Of a stretch of 64,000 bases of DNA, positions 33,498-41,958 are shown in pieces. Numbering within the stretch: the stretch's first letter is position 1; each line of letters opens with the position of its first letter. The DNA lies in the NCBI GenBank assembly GCA_963699155.1, contig OY969414.1, forward strand, positions 1,195,757 to 1,259,756, read 5' to 3'. Position numbers and translations under genes: made by a program. Under the pieces are notes generated by a model. It was not told where the DNA came from. It did not search any database and saw only the letters and a program-made list of their open reading frames with translations. The stretch comes from an uncultured Chlamydiales bacterium (GTDB lineage Bacteria > Chlamydiota > Chlamydiia > Chlamydiales > JAAKFR01).

Positions 33498-33940
33498 ACA
33501 TGTCGGGTGGGTTGCGTCACTTCGTGTCAGCAACCCCCCAGCGACCTAATACCGTCAAGTTAAGGAAATCCGCAGTTATTATAAGGGGAGGGCCCCTCGC
33601 GCTTTGCGCTCGCCCCCCTCCCCTTTTAACCCCTCCCCCACCCATTTTTGGGAGAGATCTGTCGACTCCGCGAGGATATTTGCCAAGACACAACATGGAT
33701 CCTAAATGGCTTCTCATTTATCTGTCGGGCGGTTGCTGACACGAAGTGACGCAACCCACCCGACATGTATATAAGCTGCTTTTTAAGATCGATTGTACTG
33801 TCTTGGTTGCTTAGACTCCATTCTGGAAAATCTCTCCCAAACATGGGCGGGAGAGGGGTTTAAGGGGAGGGGGGCGAGCGAACGTAGTGATGCGAGGGGC
33901 CCTCCCCTTATAATAACTGCAGACTTCCTTAACTTGACGG
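33498..33940. repeat. Interleaved inverted repeats (module A ~38 bp, module B ~135 bp)
   Basis: 33498-33535 is the exact reverse complement of 33731-33768; 33552-33658 is an imperfect reverse complement of 33829-33940. Confidence 0.9.
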
Positions 33941-33960
33941 CATTACCCAGCGACCCCCCT

Positions 33961-35150
33961 TGAGCCGCAGATTGCAAAGCCATATCGCCTCCTCGCTGGG
34001 AGGGTGTGCACAGCACTACCCTCCACGCTTCGCTCAGCTCCGGAAGCGATCTGGCTTTGCAATCTGCGGCCGCGGGCGCCTACGGCGCGGTCCCGCACTG
34101 CCTGGTGCTGGTTAAACCCTGAGGCAGTGAAAGTATCTCAGGTTATATCTTGCGGGAGTAATGCCTCGCCACTCCTGCCTGCGAACGGGGCACTCGCGCA
34201 CTCATTCCCCAGCGTGACTTCGTCTCTATGCTGGGGCCCCTTTCGTGTCAGCTCGTAGACATACCTGGAGGAGGGCCCTTCGCTTCGCTCACCCCGCTCC
34301 CCCAGACCCCTTCCCCCACCCATTGTTCAGGGGGAGAGAGGCTAACGCCGCCTCTCTCCCCCTATACCCCCTCTCTCAGCGGCAAAGGGGCATGCCCCTT
34401 TGCATACCTATAGCCCAACGTACGTGCTTCTAGCTCTTATTATCCAAGAGCTGTGTCCTTCCTAGATACTGCTGAGGGGTTCCAGTAAATGAGACGAAGT
34501 CTCTCAGGGGTATTCGTGCAAACACAAAATCGGGTGGGGGCGCCAAAGCTTCGCAATGGCACGGACCAGTGGAACGTCCCAAGATATGCATACGAGCGAG
34601 ATATGAGAGGTGCCAATCATAAAGTAAGTATGGCTATGTCTTGGGTAAATCACTTCCACTTCGACAAATCTCTCCCAAAAATGGGTGGGGGAGGGCGGCG
34701 CCCCGTTCGCAGGCAAGAGTTGCGAGGCATCACTTTCGCAAGATGTAACTAGAAATAATTTCGCAAAAAGAGCTTCAAGGATGGGTGGGGGTGGGGGCCA
34801 GGGGGAGGGGGGTGAGCGAGTGAAACGAGCGAAGGGCCCTCCCCCAGGTATGTCTACGAGCTGACACGAAAGGGGCCCCAGCATAGAGACGAAGTCACGC
34901 TGGGGAATGAGTGCGCGAGTGCCCCGTTCGCAGGCAGGAGTGGCGAGGCATTACTCCCGCAAGATATAACCTGAGATACTTTCACTGCCTCAGGGTTTAA
35001 CCAGCACCAGGCAGTGCGGGACCGCGCCGTAGGCGCCCGCGGCCGCATCTTGCTTTGCAGATCGCTTTCGCAGCTGAGTGAAACGTGGGGTCTAGTGCTT
35101 TGCACAGACCCCCAGCGAGAAAGCGATATGGCAAAGCAAGATGCGGCTCA
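33961..35150. repeat. Large inverted repeat: perfect 204-bp arms plus diverged hairpin extensions
   Basis: 34065-34268 equals the reverse complement of 34844-35047 when compared base by base; homology continues imperfectly outward to 33961/35150 and inward to ~34324/34781. Confidence 0.95.
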
Positions 35151-35243
35151 ACGGGGACAAGGTACCTCAAAAAGCCTCCAGTGGAGGGTTTTTGATGGGT
35201 TGTCCGAGAGTTCACAAGTTTACTTGTGAACCGAGGGGAAGCA

Positions 35244-35430
35244 GGGGGTTGCTGACACGAAGTGACGCAACCGCCCGACAGATAAATGAGAAGCCCTTTA
35301 AGATCGATTGTGATGTCTTTGTCGTTTAGACTCCATGCAGAAAAGCTTCTTCAAAAATGGGTGGGAGAGGGGTTTAAGGGGAGGGGGGCGAGCGATGCGT
35401 TAGCGAGCGAGGGGCCCTCCCCTTATAATA
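35244..35430. repeat. Third copy of modules A and B
   Basis: ggttgctgacacgaagtgacgcaacc at 35247; 35297-35430 is a diverged direct repeat of 33782-33915. Confidence 0.9.
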
Positions 35431-35441
35431 GTCGACTCGGT

Positions 35442-35858
35442 TTAGAGGTGCACCAGATGACGGAGCGCCTCCTGCTTCATCTTGAGGTAGAGGCTGGCAA
35501 GTCCGTTGGCCCTTCCGGGTGTCAATGCACTGGGGATGCCGATCTCTTCGAGAAAAGTGGGAGGGGAGAGAAGGATCGTTTCGGCAGGCTCTCCGCTATA
35601 GACTTCGATGAGAAGGGCAGCCAAGCCAGCCGAGATGAGGGCGTCAGAGGCAGCATAGAAATAGACCTTCTGGTTTTCATAGCGGCTATAGAGATACATC
35701 AGGCTCTGGCAGCCCGAGACCCGGTTTTCTTCGGTTTTCCAAGCAGGATCAAAGGAGGGGAGCTTCTTTCCCCCTTCCATAATTTCGCTATAGAGAGTTT
35801 CTTTAGTGACTAGGCTGTCGAAGCGTTGAATAAGAGCAGTGGCTTTAGTGAGGCTCAT
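35442..35858 (-). CDS. sufE: SufE family Fe-S assembly protein
   Basis: ENRVSGCQS, SDALISAGL, LTPGRANGL. Confidence 0.9.
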   Translation of the reverse strand: MSLTKATALIQRFDSLVTKETLYSEIMEGGKKLPSFDPAWKTEENRVSGCQSLMYLYSRYENQKVYFYAASDALISAGLAALLIEVYSGEPAETILLSPPTFLEEIGIPSALTPGRANGLASLYLKMKQEALRHLVHL

Positions 35859-36568
35859 AATTCTGGATGGCCTGGAGAGCTGGGGGAGAGGTTATTCGCT
35901 AAAGACTCTAGCTGTGCTAGCTTTGTTTTCATCTCTTCGATGCCCCTTTGCAGAACGTCACGCTGGTTTTCTTCTTTTTCCGGATCATGGCCCAGGTTTT
36001 GCCCTGAGCCGATTTTTACGGCCACTTGGAGAGCGATAAAGAGTCCAAAGACGGCCCCCATGACATAGGGGAAGACCACGGAAGCTGCCAACAGAACCGT
36101 CACAGCGACGGCAAGAACAATCTGTTTTGTTCCATTTTGATCGAGACCCTCGATTCCCTGATTGAGGATATTCCACAGCGTATATTTTCCTTCGGGATCA
36201 AAACTATTTACCGATAAAAGACCGGCAATGAGTCCAAAGGCAGCACCAAAACCCAGTCCAATTGTGAGTGGGAGGGCGACCGCCTTAAATCCATAGAGCA
36301 GCCCTGTGCAACTGATGATGACTCCCCATGTTAGGAGATAGCCGACCAATTGGCGCCAGTTATTTTTGACAAAGGTGGCTGTCTTTCCAAAGGCAGAACC
36401 TAAAGTGGCGACCACAGGAGTGATTCCCCAGGCGATGACCCCCAATGCTGTATCGAGAACCTGATCTGCCTGGCCGAGAGCGCTAGGAATTTTTTTAATT
36501 TCGGCGGTAAAGTCCTTGCGAAAGCTCTCCCAACAATGGTTGATCGATCCAGGAATGCAACAGCTCAT
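35855..36568 (-). CDS. Hypothetical membrane protein (two hydrophobic hairpins, C-terminal coiled coil)
   Basis: Long ORF overlapping the sufE start; start codon choice uncertain. Confidence 0.65.
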   Translation of the reverse strand: MSCCIPGSINHCWESFRKDFTAEIKKIPSALGQADQVLDTALGVIAWGITPVVATLGSAFGKTATFVKNNWRQLVGYLLTWGVIISCTGLLYGFKAVALPLTIGLGFGAAFGLIAGLLSVNSFDPEGKYTLWNILNQGIEGLDQNGTKQIVLAVAVTVLLAASVVFPYVMGAVFGLFIALQVAVKIGSGQNLGHDPEKEENQRDVLQRGIEEMKTKLAQLESLANNLSPSSPGHPEL

Positions 36569-36658
36569 GGCGTATAGAATAGGGCGCAAGGGTTTATCTT
36601 GCAATTAAAAAAGCATTGAAGTTTAATACCCTGTCATTGTAATTGATCTAGTGAATCT

Positions 36659-36877
36659 ATGCCGAAAGAAGATACCATAAAAGTGGAAGGGACCGTTGAA
36701 GAGCTGCTGCCCAACATGCATTTTCGGGTGGTTTTGGAAAATGGGATGACAGTGGTCGCTCACTTATGTGGCAAGATGAGAATGCGCAATATTCGAGTCC
36801 TGACGGGTGATAAAGTGACCGTGGAAATGTCGCCTTATGACCTTTCAAAAGCGCGGATCATCTATCGTCATCGGTAA
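36659..36877 (+). CDS. infA: Translation initiation factor IF-1
   Basis: [35 protein letters not shown]. Confidence 0.97.
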   Translation: MPKEDTIKVEGTVEELLPNMHFRVVLENGMTVVAHLCGKMRMRNIRVLTGDKVTVEMSPYDLSKARIIYRHR

Positions 36878-37007
36878 GCTTTCCCGCGCGCCCAATTTGG
36901 GAGAAATTTTGCTAACATTGTACCAGTTCTGCATTGCTGTTGATTTTTTTTAGATTTATTCCGTAAACTGTGCAGCTTATTCTAGAGGTACATTGTATGT
37001 GCTTTGT

Positions 37008-37079
37008 GCCCAGATAGCTCAGTGGTAGAGCACTTGCATGGTAAGCAAGAGGTCGTAGGTTCAATTCCTATTCTGGGCA
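37008..37079 (+). tRNA. tRNA-Thr(GGT)
   Basis: Cloverleaf GCCCAGA/TCTGGGC; anticodon arm CTTGC-ATGGTAA-GCAAG. Confidence 0.95.
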
Positions 37080-37129
37080 GTAGAAGTTAGAAATAAATAA
37101 AACTTAAAGCTTAACGGAGGATAGTCAAA

Positions 37130-38319
37130 ATGGCTAAAGAAACATTTCAAAGGAACAAGCCACACGTCAATATCGGAACAATCGGTCACGTCGACCATGG
37201 TAAAACTACGCTGACTGCTGCGATCACAAAAGTTCTGGCTGAGAAAGGGCAGAGCGAAATTTCGCGATTATGCTTCGATCGACAATACCCCCGAAGAAAA
37301 AGCGCGAGGGATTACGATTAACTCGACTCACGTCGAGTATGAAACAGAAATTCGCCACTATGCGCACGTCGACTGCCCAGGCCACGCTGACTATGTCAAG
37401 AACATGATCACCGGTGCTGCTCAGATGGATGGTGCGATTCTCGTCGTCGCAGCAACAGATGGTGCGATGCCTCAAACAAAAGAGCACATTCTCTTCGCTC
37501 GCCAGGTAGGCGTTCCTTCGATCGTCGTCTTCCTGAACAAAGTCGACATGATCGGTGAAGGCGATCAGGAGCTGATCGACCTCGTCGAAATGGAACTGAC
37601 ACGAACTTCTGGAAGCTAAAGGCTACAAAGATTGCCCCATTATTCGAGGATCCGGCCTCACGCGCTCTTGAAGGGGATCCGAAATATGTCGCAAGCCATC
37701 GTCGAGCTGATGAAAACTGTCGACGAACATATCCCCACACCCAAGCGTGAAGTCGACAAGCCCTTCCTGATGCCTGTCGAAGACGTCTTCTCTATTTCTG
37801 GCCGCGGAACTGTGGCTACCGGACGTGTCGAGCGTGGAGTTGTCAAAATCAACGATAAACTCCAGATCGTCGGCCTCCGTGAAACACGCGATAGCGTAGC
37901 TACAGGCCTCGAAATGTTCAACAAAACGTTGGACGAAGCGCGTGCAGGGGAAAACGTCGGGATCCTCCTCCGTGGTGTGGAGAAAGATGATATCGAGCGC
38001 GGTATGGTTCTCTGCGCTCCCGGTACATGTGACCCCGCACAAAAAATTTAAAGGCACAATCTATGTTCTGACCAAAGAAGAGGGAGGCCGCCATAAGCCC
38101 TTCTTCACAGGGTACCGTCCCCAGTTCTACTTCCGTACAACGGACGTGACGGGAACTGTCACTCTACCTGAAGGGACAGAGATGGTGATGCCCGGCGATA
38201 ACGTCGAGATCTCAGCTGAATTGATCGCTCCGATCGCGATGGAAGAGGGAATGCGTTTTGCGATCCGTGAAGGCGGCCGTACTATCGGTGCTGGAACGAT
38301 CTCAAAAATCATTGAGTAA
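37130..38319 (+). CDS. tuf: Elongation factor Tu (frameshifted, likely sequence errors)
   Basis: [33 protein letters not shown] and [10 protein letters not shown] across four ORFs. Confidence 0.96.
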
Positions 38320-38332
38320 CGCGCCTGGGATA

Positions 38333-38356
38333 GAGCAAGGGGTAAAACCCTTGCTC
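38333..38356 (+). other. Stem-loop after tuf (no U-tract)
   Basis: gagcaaggg-gtaaaa-cccttgctc. Confidence 0.6.
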
Positions 38357-38363
38357 AAAACAA

Positions 38364-38456
38364 CCTGACGAGCGGTGACTTCACACGGGGGTCGCTCACG
38401 AGAGATGACTTCCCACGGGGGTCCCTCACGAGAGATGACTTCCCACGAAAGGAGTC
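38364..38456. repeat. 30-bp tandem repeat, ~3 copies
   Basis: ctcacgagagatgacttcccacgggggtcc-like units between tuf and tRNA-Trp. Confidence 0.85.
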
Positions 38457-38473
38457 TTCTCTTGATCAGGTAT

Positions 38474-38546
38474 GGGTGTGTAGCTCAGCTGGTAGAGCAG
38501 CGGTCTCCAAAGCCGCCGGTCGGGGGTTCGAATCCCTCCGCACTCG
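38474..38546 (+). tRNA. tRNA-Trp(CCA)
   Basis: Cloverleaf GGGTGTG/CGCACTC; anticodon arm GCGGT-CTCCAAA-GCCGC; canonical position before secE. Confidence 0.95.
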
Positions 38547-38600
38547 ATGATTCATTTAAAGAGCCAGTTTTGCAATTGGCTATAACGAGAGAAATCAAAG

Positions 38601-38873
38601 ATGGTTGGTGAACAGGTACAAAAAATGGATGTCAAGAAAGGCCGCTCATCCTCTTCTGCTAAAGCTGAAGGGCAAAAAGTCGTAGCTTTTATCGGCGATG
38701 TCAAGCAGGAGCTCAAAAGAGTCGAATGGACGAGTAAAGAGGAAATAAAAAATTATACCAAAATTGTCCTTTTGAGCACCTTCATTTTCGCTGCATTCAT
38801 CTATGTGGTCGACCTAGTGATCCAAGGATTCCTGGGAGGAATCAACCTTCTTGTTAAGTTAATTACCGGATAG
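38601..38873 (+). CDS. secE: Preprotein translocase subunit SecE
   Basis: ELKRVEWTSK motif plus one TM helix; lies before nusG. Confidence 0.93.
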   Translation: MVGEQVQKMDVKKGRSSSSAKAEGQKVVAFIGDVKQELKRVEWTSKEEIKNYTKIVLLSTFIFAAFIYVVDLVIQGFLGGINLLVKLITG

Positions 38874-38880
38874 TTTTGAC

Positions 38881-39426
38881 ATGAAGAAATGGTACGTCGT
38901 TCAAGTCTATACAGCTCAAGAGAAAAAAGTAAAAAAAGCTCTTGAAGAGTTTCGGGAATCTTCTGGCGTTGCAGATCTCATCGAAGAAATTCTACTGCCC
39001 ACAGAAAATGTCATGGAGGTCAAAAAAGGGGAGCAAAAGATCTCCGAAAAAAGAATTTGGCCAGGCTATGTTCTCATTAAGATGGAGCTGACAGATGACT
39101 CCTGGCAGTATGTCAAACACGCCGCCGGCGTCATCGACTTTTTGGGAGGGGAAAGGCCAACCTCGCTCACAGATGGCGAAGTCAATAGTATTCTCAAAGA
39201 GCTCGAAGATAAAAAATCGGGTGTGACCCAGAAACACAAAATTGAAGCCGGTGATCGCGTCAAAATCAACGATGGCGTCTTCGTTAACTTTATTGGGACC
39301 GTCCAAGAGGTCTTTCAAGACAAGGGCCGTCTGAGTGTGATGGTCTCCATCTTCGGCCGCGACACCCGGGTCGACGACCTAGAATTCTGGCAAGTCGAGG
39401 AAGTCACCCCCGACACCGAACTTTGA
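38881..39426 (+). CDS. nusG: Transcription factor NusG
   Basis: WYVVQV, PGYVLI, KOW domain, VSIFGR. Confidence 0.97.
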   Translation: MKKWYVVQVYTAQEKKVKKALEEFRESSGVADLIEEILLPTENVMEVKKGEQKISEKRIWPGYVLIKMELTDDSWQYVKHAAGVIDFLGGERPTSLTDGEVNSILKELEDKKSGVTQKHKIEAGDRVKINDGVFVNFIGTVQEVFQDKGRLSVMVSIFGRDTRVDDLEFWQVEEVTPDTEL

Positions 39427-39431
39427 TTTAT

Positions 39432-39567
39432 AATTCAACGCAAAGACACAGAGACGCAAAGTCGCAAAGACACAGAGACGCAAAGTCGCAAAGAAAAGAG
39501 GAAAGCCGGAGTCGTCACCAAAAAATTTGATTCCTTTCTTAGCGTCTTTGCGCCTTTGCGTTGAATT
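39432..39567. repeat. REP/MITE-like palindromic element built from 8-bp (a/t)cgcaaag units
   Basis: aattcaacgcaaag... at the left pairs with ...ctttgcgttgaatt at the right; contains an internal 24-bp duplication. Confidence 0.8.
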
Positions 39568-39660
39568 TTTAATAAGTTTTTGGTGACGAAAAAAAGCGGG
39601 ATTCATATAATAGCCGGCATTCTGCCTCTATTACGTACGTAATGTTCAAGGAAAATTGTC

Positions 39661-40095
39661 ATGGCTAAGAAAGTCGTCAAATTAATCAAGCTTCAGATTC
39701 CAGCTGGAAAAGCCAACCCTGCGCCGCCCATTGGGCCTGCTCTCGGTGCTGCAGGGGTCAATATTATGGCCTTTTGCAAAGATTTCAATGCGAAGACGCA
39801 AGAGATGAGTGGAGATATTCTCCCCGTTGAAATTACAGTCTATGCAGATAAAAGTATTACCTTCATCACGAAACAGCCCCCTGTGCCGAATATGATTAAA
39901 AAAACCTTGGGACTTGAATCGGGCTCAAAGATTCCTAACCGAGACAAGGTGGGCAGACTGAGCAATGCTCAGGCTGAAGAGATCGCGAAAAAGAAATATC
40001 CCGATATGGGAGTCCGTACACTACGCTCTGCAGTGAGAATGGTGAAAGGGACTGCTCGTAGCATGGGAATCGATGTCGATCCAGAAGAGGAATAA
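39661..40095 (+). CDS. rplK: 50S ribosomal protein L11
   Basis: [23 protein letters not shown]. Confidence 0.97.
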   Translation: MAKKVVKLIKLQIPAGKANPAPPIGPALGAAGVNIMAFCKDFNAKTQEMSGDILPVEITVYADKSITFITKQPPVPNMIKKTLGLESGSKIPNRDKVGRLSNAQAEEIAKKKYPDMGVRTLRSAVRMVKGTARSMGIDVDPEEE

Positions 40096-40178
40096 GGGCT
40101 GCTCTTTGGCGCAGGAGCCCAAGCAAGGCAGGCGCTAAGAGCGGTAAAATCTCCTTTTGGACGTTAAAAAAGGAAAAT

Positions 40179-40877
40179 ATGGCACAAAAAAGTAAACGCA
40201 TTCGGGAGATTGCTTCCAAGGTGGATACCACAAAGGCTTATTCACTGGATGAAGCGGTCGCTATATTGCAGCAGTGCCCTTCCGTTAAATTTGATCAGAC
40301 GGTCGATATATCGATCAAAATGGGAGTCGATCCCAAAAAGTCTGATCAGCAGGTGCGAGGAACCGTTTCTTTACCGAATGGAACGGGTAAATCGCTATCA
40401 ATTCTCGTCTTTGCTGCCGGTGACAAAATACAGGAAGCGCTCGATGCGGGCGCCGACTTTGCCGGTAGTGACGATCTCTTTGAAAAAGTCAAAGGGGGAT
40501 GGACAGATTTTGATGTTGTCATTGCAACGCCTGATATGATGCGGGAGGTCGGAAAACTAGGAAAGGTATTAGGTCCGCGCGGCCTGATGCCCACGCCAAA
40601 GGCGGGAACTGTCACGACCGATGTCGCATCGGCTGTTAGAGAAATTAAAAAGGGTAAAATCGAATTCAAACTCGATAAACATGGTGTGAGCAACACGGGC
40701 GTGGGAAAGCTCTCTTTTTCCAAGGAAGCCATTGTTGAAAATATCCGTACCCTTCTCACAGCGCTCATGCGTGCTAAACCAGCCTCGGCAAAGGGACAGT
40801 ATATCATGTCGATCGCTCTGTCTTCGACTATGGGACCAGGTCTCAAGATTGACCGGTCTGAAATTCCATCAACGTAA
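40179..40877 (+). CDS. rplA: 50S ribosomal protein L1
   Basis: [28 protein letters not shown]. Confidence 0.97.
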   Translation: MAQKSKRIREIASKVDTTKAYSLDEAVAILQQCPSVKFDQTVDISIKMGVDPKKSDQQVRGTVSLPNGTGKSLSILVFAAGDKIQEALDAGADFAGSDDLFEKVKGGWTDFDVVIATPDMMREVGKLGKVLGPRGLMPTPKAGTVTTDVASAVREIKKGKIEFKLDKHGVSNTGVGKLSFSKEAIVENIRTLLTALMRAKPASAKGQYIMSIALSSTMGPGLKIDRSEIPST

Positions 40878-40885
40878 GGGGTAAC

Positions 40886-41398
40886 ATGAGAGCTGAAAAA
40901 CAACTCCTCCTCGATGAGATTAAAGAAAAGATTGAGGGAGCTACTGGATTTGTCGCCCTGAACTACAAGAACTTTACATCGGCTAGAGCGCGTGCATTCC
41001 GCGATCGGGTAGCAGAGATGGGAGGTGAATTTGAAGTGGTGCGGAAGCGCGTTTTTGTCAAAGCGGCAGAAACGATGGGTCTTTCGTTCAACGTTCAAGC
41101 GTTGACTGGGCATATCGGAGTGATCTTCGCGAAGGATGATGCAACGGCTCTGATTAAGAGCACGCTGAAATTCAGCGAAGAGAATGACGAAGCGATGACT
41201 CTTTTAGCAGGACTTATCGATGGTGTGCTCTGCACAGCAGAAGATGTCGAGGCGATTGCGAAATTGCCAGGTATCAACGAACTGCGCGCACAATTCCTTG
41301 GTCTTCTCGAAGCGCCCATGGCGCAATCGGCCCAAGTGGTCCAAGCTGTTCTTGCCGCTATTCTCTATGCTTTAGAAGAGAAGGGCAAAAAAGGTTAA
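40886..41398 (+). CDS. rplJ: 50S ribosomal protein L10
   Basis: Position between rplA and rpl[18 protein letters not shown]. Confidence 0.93.
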   Translation: MRAEKQLLLDEIKEKIEGATGFVALNYKNFTSARARAFRDRVAEMGGEFEVVRKRVFVKAAETMGLSFNVQALTGHIGVIFAKDDATALIKSTLKFSEENDEAMTLLAGLIDGVLCTAEDVEAIAKLPGINELRAQFLGLLEAPMAQSAQVVQAVLAAILYALEEKGKKG

Positions 41399-41471
41399 TG
41401 TTCTCTATCTTAAGAAGAGAAAGGCAAAAAAGGTTAGATTTAATTTTAATGTTCAAGATGAGGTAACAACC

Positions 41472-41867
41472 GTGACTACACAAAATTTAGATGATATCGT
41501 CGAAACGCTCAGCAATCTCAAGGTCGCTGATCTCGCCAAATTGAAAAAGATGTTGGAAGATAAGTGGGGCGTCACAGCTGCAGCTCCTGTAGCTATGGCC
41601 ATGGCCGCTCCTGCAGCTGGAGCTCCTGCTGCTGCGGCAACTGAGTCAACAGAGTTCAAAGTCACACTCGAATCTGTGCCTGCTGATAAGAAGATCGGCG
41701 TGATTAAAGTGGTGCGCGAGGTGACTGGGCTCGGCTTGAAAGAGGCGAAAGATATCGTCGAAGCCGCTCCCAAAGTTCTTAAAGAAACTGCTCCAAAAGC
41801 AGAAGCAGAAGAAATTGCTAAGAAGCTTGAAGCTGCTGGTGCTAAGGCAACTTTGAAAGGCCTGTAA
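41472..41867 (+). CDS. rplL: 50S ribosomal protein L7/L12
   Basis: Ala-rich hinge; [20 protein letters not shown]. Confidence 0.97.
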   Translation: MTTQNLDDIVETLSNLKVADLAKLKKMLEDKWGVTAAAPVAMAMAAPAAGAPAAAATESTEFKVTLESVPADKKIGVIKVVREVTGLGLKEAKDIVEAAPKVLKETAPKAEAEEIAKKLEAAGAKATLKGL

Positions 41868-41890
41868 GCTGCTGAATCAACCAAAATTTT

Positions 41891-41926
41891 GCACAAGCTA
41901 CCTCACTGAGGATAGCTTGTGCTTTT
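41891..41926 (+). terminator. Intrinsic terminator/attenuator between rplL and rpoB
   Basis: gcacaagcta-cctc-act-gagg-a-tagcttgtgc followed by tttt. Confidence 0.7.
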
Positions 41927-41958
41927 GTCATTATTTTACTTAGTGGGGAGCTTGTCAC

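Noticed and set aside
33961..35150. Hammerhead ribozyme or known housekeeping RNA (tmRNA, RNase P, SRP, 6S)
   Set aside because: ctgagYgaa does not fit CUGANGA with a correctly placed GAAA, and I saw no hallmark motifs of the other RNAs. A covariance search is still needed.
33500..35813. Short ORFs in the repeat mosaic, including identical peptides on opposite strands
   Set aside because: They are by-products of the inverted repeats and antisense of sufE; no recognisable protein motifs.
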